In this document: positions 55,531 through 58,596 of the stretch, one piece after another
How positions within the stretch are numbered: the stretch's first letter is position 1
How the letters are laid out: every line of letters starts with the position of its first letter
Assembly (NCBI GenBank): GCA_964035545.1
Contig: CAXIUT010000243.1
Span: 1 to 58,596 of the forward strand
Direction of reading: 5' to 3'
DNA from: Bugula neritina
Lineage: Eukaryota; Animalia; Bryozoa
DNA length: 58,596 bases
Translations under genes and position numbers: made by a program
The notes under the pieces: model-generated
What the model was told of the DNA's origin: nothing
The model's database searches: none
The model's input: only the letters and a program-made list of their open reading frames with translations

Positions 55531-58408
55531 TCACTGTGTATATTTGTCATTAAGTCTAACTAACCTCTCCCTATTCTTCTGTTAGATCAAATTAATGATA
55601 TTCGGGCAATTATCGTTCAAAAACTTAAAAGTATTCAGCAACTCCTTTTCCTCATCCATTTCAATATCTTTTTGCTGCTTTTCAAATTACTTGAACACCA
55701 TCAATTTCTTATAAGTCGATTCTTTTCTTTCTTTCTGATCGTTATCATTCGCTTGCGTAGTAATATTTCTTATATTATACCTTTCTGATGTATTTATAAC
55801 CAAACAGTTCATGATAGTTCCCAATAGCTAAATATTTTGGAAATAACTAAATAAAAATAAAATACTTCAAATATATTGACTTGCAAATCGCAGCAAATAG
55901 ATACTTTCGATCACCTCGCACAGAAAGTGTCTTTACTATATCCAAATTAGCTTATAACAAGTGGTCGAAATACTGTGGACTACACTGATTGATCTAAATA
56001 ACACAACATATACCAATTGAAGAGCATTAACAGTGTCATAGTAAATGATCATTTTACAAACAAACAATAAAGAAGCTTTTCTTCCTTGTATACTTTTATT
56101 TGATATAACTTATCCTCCCTTTACAGCTATATTCATATAACCACGTTTGTAAAACTACTAAAGCGATGTATGATTCATTATAGCCTCAATAAAACGATAG
56201 AACAATGAAATATGATCGATTTCTATTATTTTTGATAATATCTATTCAATGGCACCTTTGTCATCAGTTAATCGATCGGTATGTTTCGATATGAAGGAGA
56301 TAAGGAATTGAATATATGAACTCATAAGCGATTCACTCTATTACTTCCAATTTTATGGCATCAACAAAGAAACATAGATATTTTTGTACTATGAATTGAT
56401 GTTGTTTTATAGCTGCAAGAATATAGCAAGGATCTGTAAACAAAAATTAACCAAATCACTTTTTCTTCTTAATGATTACATAAAAAATTACATTATATCT
56501 TTCTATAAAGTTCCTCTATTTCCACTATTTATTCTAATCAAATGGAAAGTTATTACCCCAATCGTCTCAAACACAAAATGAACACTAGCAAAATCAAATA
56601 CCCCTGTTTTCTTCAACATCTCTCTAATAATTTAAATCTAGTATTTGAAAAACTAGTCATTACTACCTCCCAAAGATTTACTCAAATTATAAAACATCTT
56701 TGCTAAACTTTATTGCAAACTGTTCTATTTTACTGTTCCCTAGTATATCATCTTCAATATATCTACAGCTAAAGGTCTCAGTCTTTATTAGTTAAAATAT
56801 TGAACTAAATTTTTGAAAAGATGATAATCTCCATGTTTCATAATTATAAATCCATTTATAGTCAAATATATTACTTTCAGTAGTGATTTATTTTATGTCT
56901 TTATTGATGTGAAAAAGCTTAGAATAGAATTAAGTTATTATCTTGGTAAAAATATCCTGAAATAGAATAAAAATCTTAGAATAGTTGACACATGAATAGC
57001 ATTAAATTCACTTTCAATATTCTTATCTTTATTTTTTTATATCCAAATTACCATATTATAGATAGACTTCTTCACAATTTATTCATAAGTATATTGAATT
57101 ATGCTTTCTCTGACGAATAGTTGAGTGCAACCATCAACATCTCTGAATCCTTTGCTTGAACCGTCTATTGTTAAACTCAAAATCATGCATTAAGCTTGAA
57201 CATTTCCTTCCATTCCTTTGAAATTACTAAGCTGATTCTCAAGAAAAGGTTCAAAAGCAGTATAATGTCTACAGATAACTCTTAGAAGTTCAAGTGCTGC
57301 AGCTCTTCTAGTTTGAATATCAGTATTTCTAAAGTAGAAGTCAATATAGAGGTCAACTTCATCTTCAAATAGACTTATAAGATTCTTTGTTATGCCAATA
57401 TTCGGCACAATCAAGTTTTGAAAGAGATCGTTCATATGTTCTTGAAAGAAAACTTTCATATCAGGCCAAAGAATCAAACTTTTAAAAAACTTCAAACAAT
57501 TAAACACGATTGAGTCATACTAGGGGTCGTCTGAAGCTCCAGAACATAACTGCCATATTTCAGAACAAAAACCTTGAATTGATGTTTCAACATCTTCTTT
57601 ATATTTACTGGCATAAAGTAAAATAGCATCCAAAGCAGCTCCTTTACATTTGAATGTATTTTAATTAGTATTAGGAATATTCATCAACACTTTTTAGTAT
57701 ATTCATCCATTTGGGTAAACTATCTTCAAACTTAGGATGAAGATCTTGATAGTTCAAATTATAAAACACCTTCATGCAAACTTCAAGTATAACCACCTCA
57801 TCGATGTTATTTGGATTTAAAGTTACTCTCTAAAGCAAACCCGAAGTCAGTTAAAGAAGATAATCATGAACTTCATCACACACCATGATGATTTATTCAT
57901 ATAGGTCATCACTTCTACTCATATAAGTGTATTTATGTGAGATACTTTGGATAAGTTTAAGGACTGCTGTGGTACCACTGGGAACTTGAAGTACATAGGC
58001 TAGTAGATTACTTATAAGATCAGTCCAGTTTTTAGGAAATAGTACTTCAGTCAACCACACTATACCAGGTCTTAAAGTTTTTGATAGCTTTATTGGAAAA
58101 GATAAGTAAGCAAGAAGTGCTCCTTTTTTGATATCTCCAATACTTTGTTCATAATACCCCTTTTAAAACTCTTCAATATTCTAAATAACTAAAACAAGTA
58201 CTTTAAAGTATTAACACCATCGCTTGAATTCGATAGTAGCTCTTAGTTTGTTAGTTTACTGAGTGTTCACATTGTTAATATATTGTAGAAGAGTAATGGG
58301 ATAGAGGTTACTTTTGTTGAGGTGCTGCAGAAGGGCCTATCCCTACTTGATGGCTTGGTTGGTTCCCTGGGAAATAAGATAAAATGATCTATCGAGCTAT
58401 GACTCCAT
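55531..58408 (-). CDS. CSE1: Exportin-2 / CSE1 (importin-alpha re-exporter)
   Basis: FPKNWTDL; SRSDDLYEEI; FYNLNYQDLHPKFED; LYASKYKED; LFEDEVDLYIDFYFRNTDIQTRRAAALELLR. Possible 21-nt intron at 58181-58201 and a frame break at 57691-57695. Confidence 0.88.
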
Positions 58409-58527
58409 TTGTTTGCTTAAAGATTGAGAATTATATCAATTAGATGACTCCATTTAGTTAATTACTAATATTTACCGCTTAAAAATCAATCAATATCAAA
58501 TCATAATTATTAAGTTAACAAAATGAT

Positions 58528-58596
58528 GGGGTTGGGGTTGGGGTTGGGGTTGGGGTTGGGGTTGGGGTTGGGGTTGGGGTTGGGGATTGGGGTTGG
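58528..58596 (+). repeat. Right telomere, (GGGGTT)n
   Basis: Terminal array with one GGGGATT variant unit. Confidence 0.98.

Noticed and set aside
104-58408. Standard ciliate code (TAR=Gln) or split code (TAA=Lys, TAG=Glu)
   Set aside because: TAA falls at invariant Glu positions (DEIH, FEKD, DFEN, SEDIN), as does TAG.
104-58408. Mass pseudogenisation suggested by the many in-frame TAA/TAG
   Set aside because: Frames stay open for kilobases without TGA and catalytic residues are intact.
1-58596. CRISPR arrays, transposons, rRNA or tRNA genes
   Set aside because: No repeat-spacer structure, transposase/RT motifs or recognisable RNA genes seen, and little intergenic space remains. tRNAscan-SE or Infernal would be needed to exclude small RNAs.

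Overview
AT-rich eukaryotic DNA from a ciliate macronuclear genome. It has (CCCCAA)n and (GGGGTT)n telomeres at the two ends and a third, right-end-oriented telomere tract at 27291-27365. The supplied ORF track is fragmented because it uses the wrong genetic code: in conserved motifs both TAA and TAG stand where Glu is expected, and TGA is the only stop (peritrich nuclear code, NCBI table 30). Re-read by hand in that code, the window holds about 21 tightly packed genes with tiny (20-21 nt) GT-AG introns. They include PIG-O, an EamA transporter, V-ATPase subunit a, MER3/HFM1, HGSNAT, EB1, a 5'-truncated adenylosuccinate lyase, a large Cys-rich membrane protein, an MLL-like SET protein, legumain, an Mrc1/Claspin-like protein, an HP1-like protein and CSE1. 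The highlight is a single 13,005-nt ORF (12977-25981, minus, ~4334 aa). It joins a ~2900-aa N-terminal region containing a UBA-like domain, a BIRC6/UBE2Z-type E2 (UBC) domain and a complete UBA1/UBA6-type E1, with both catalytic cysteines intact, so it is a candidate one-polypeptide ubiquitination cascade. Several genes have 1-nt frame breaks in homopolymers, which suggests unpolished long-read sequence, so the internal telomere junction may be a chimera. All family calls come from manual motif recognition; no database searches were run.
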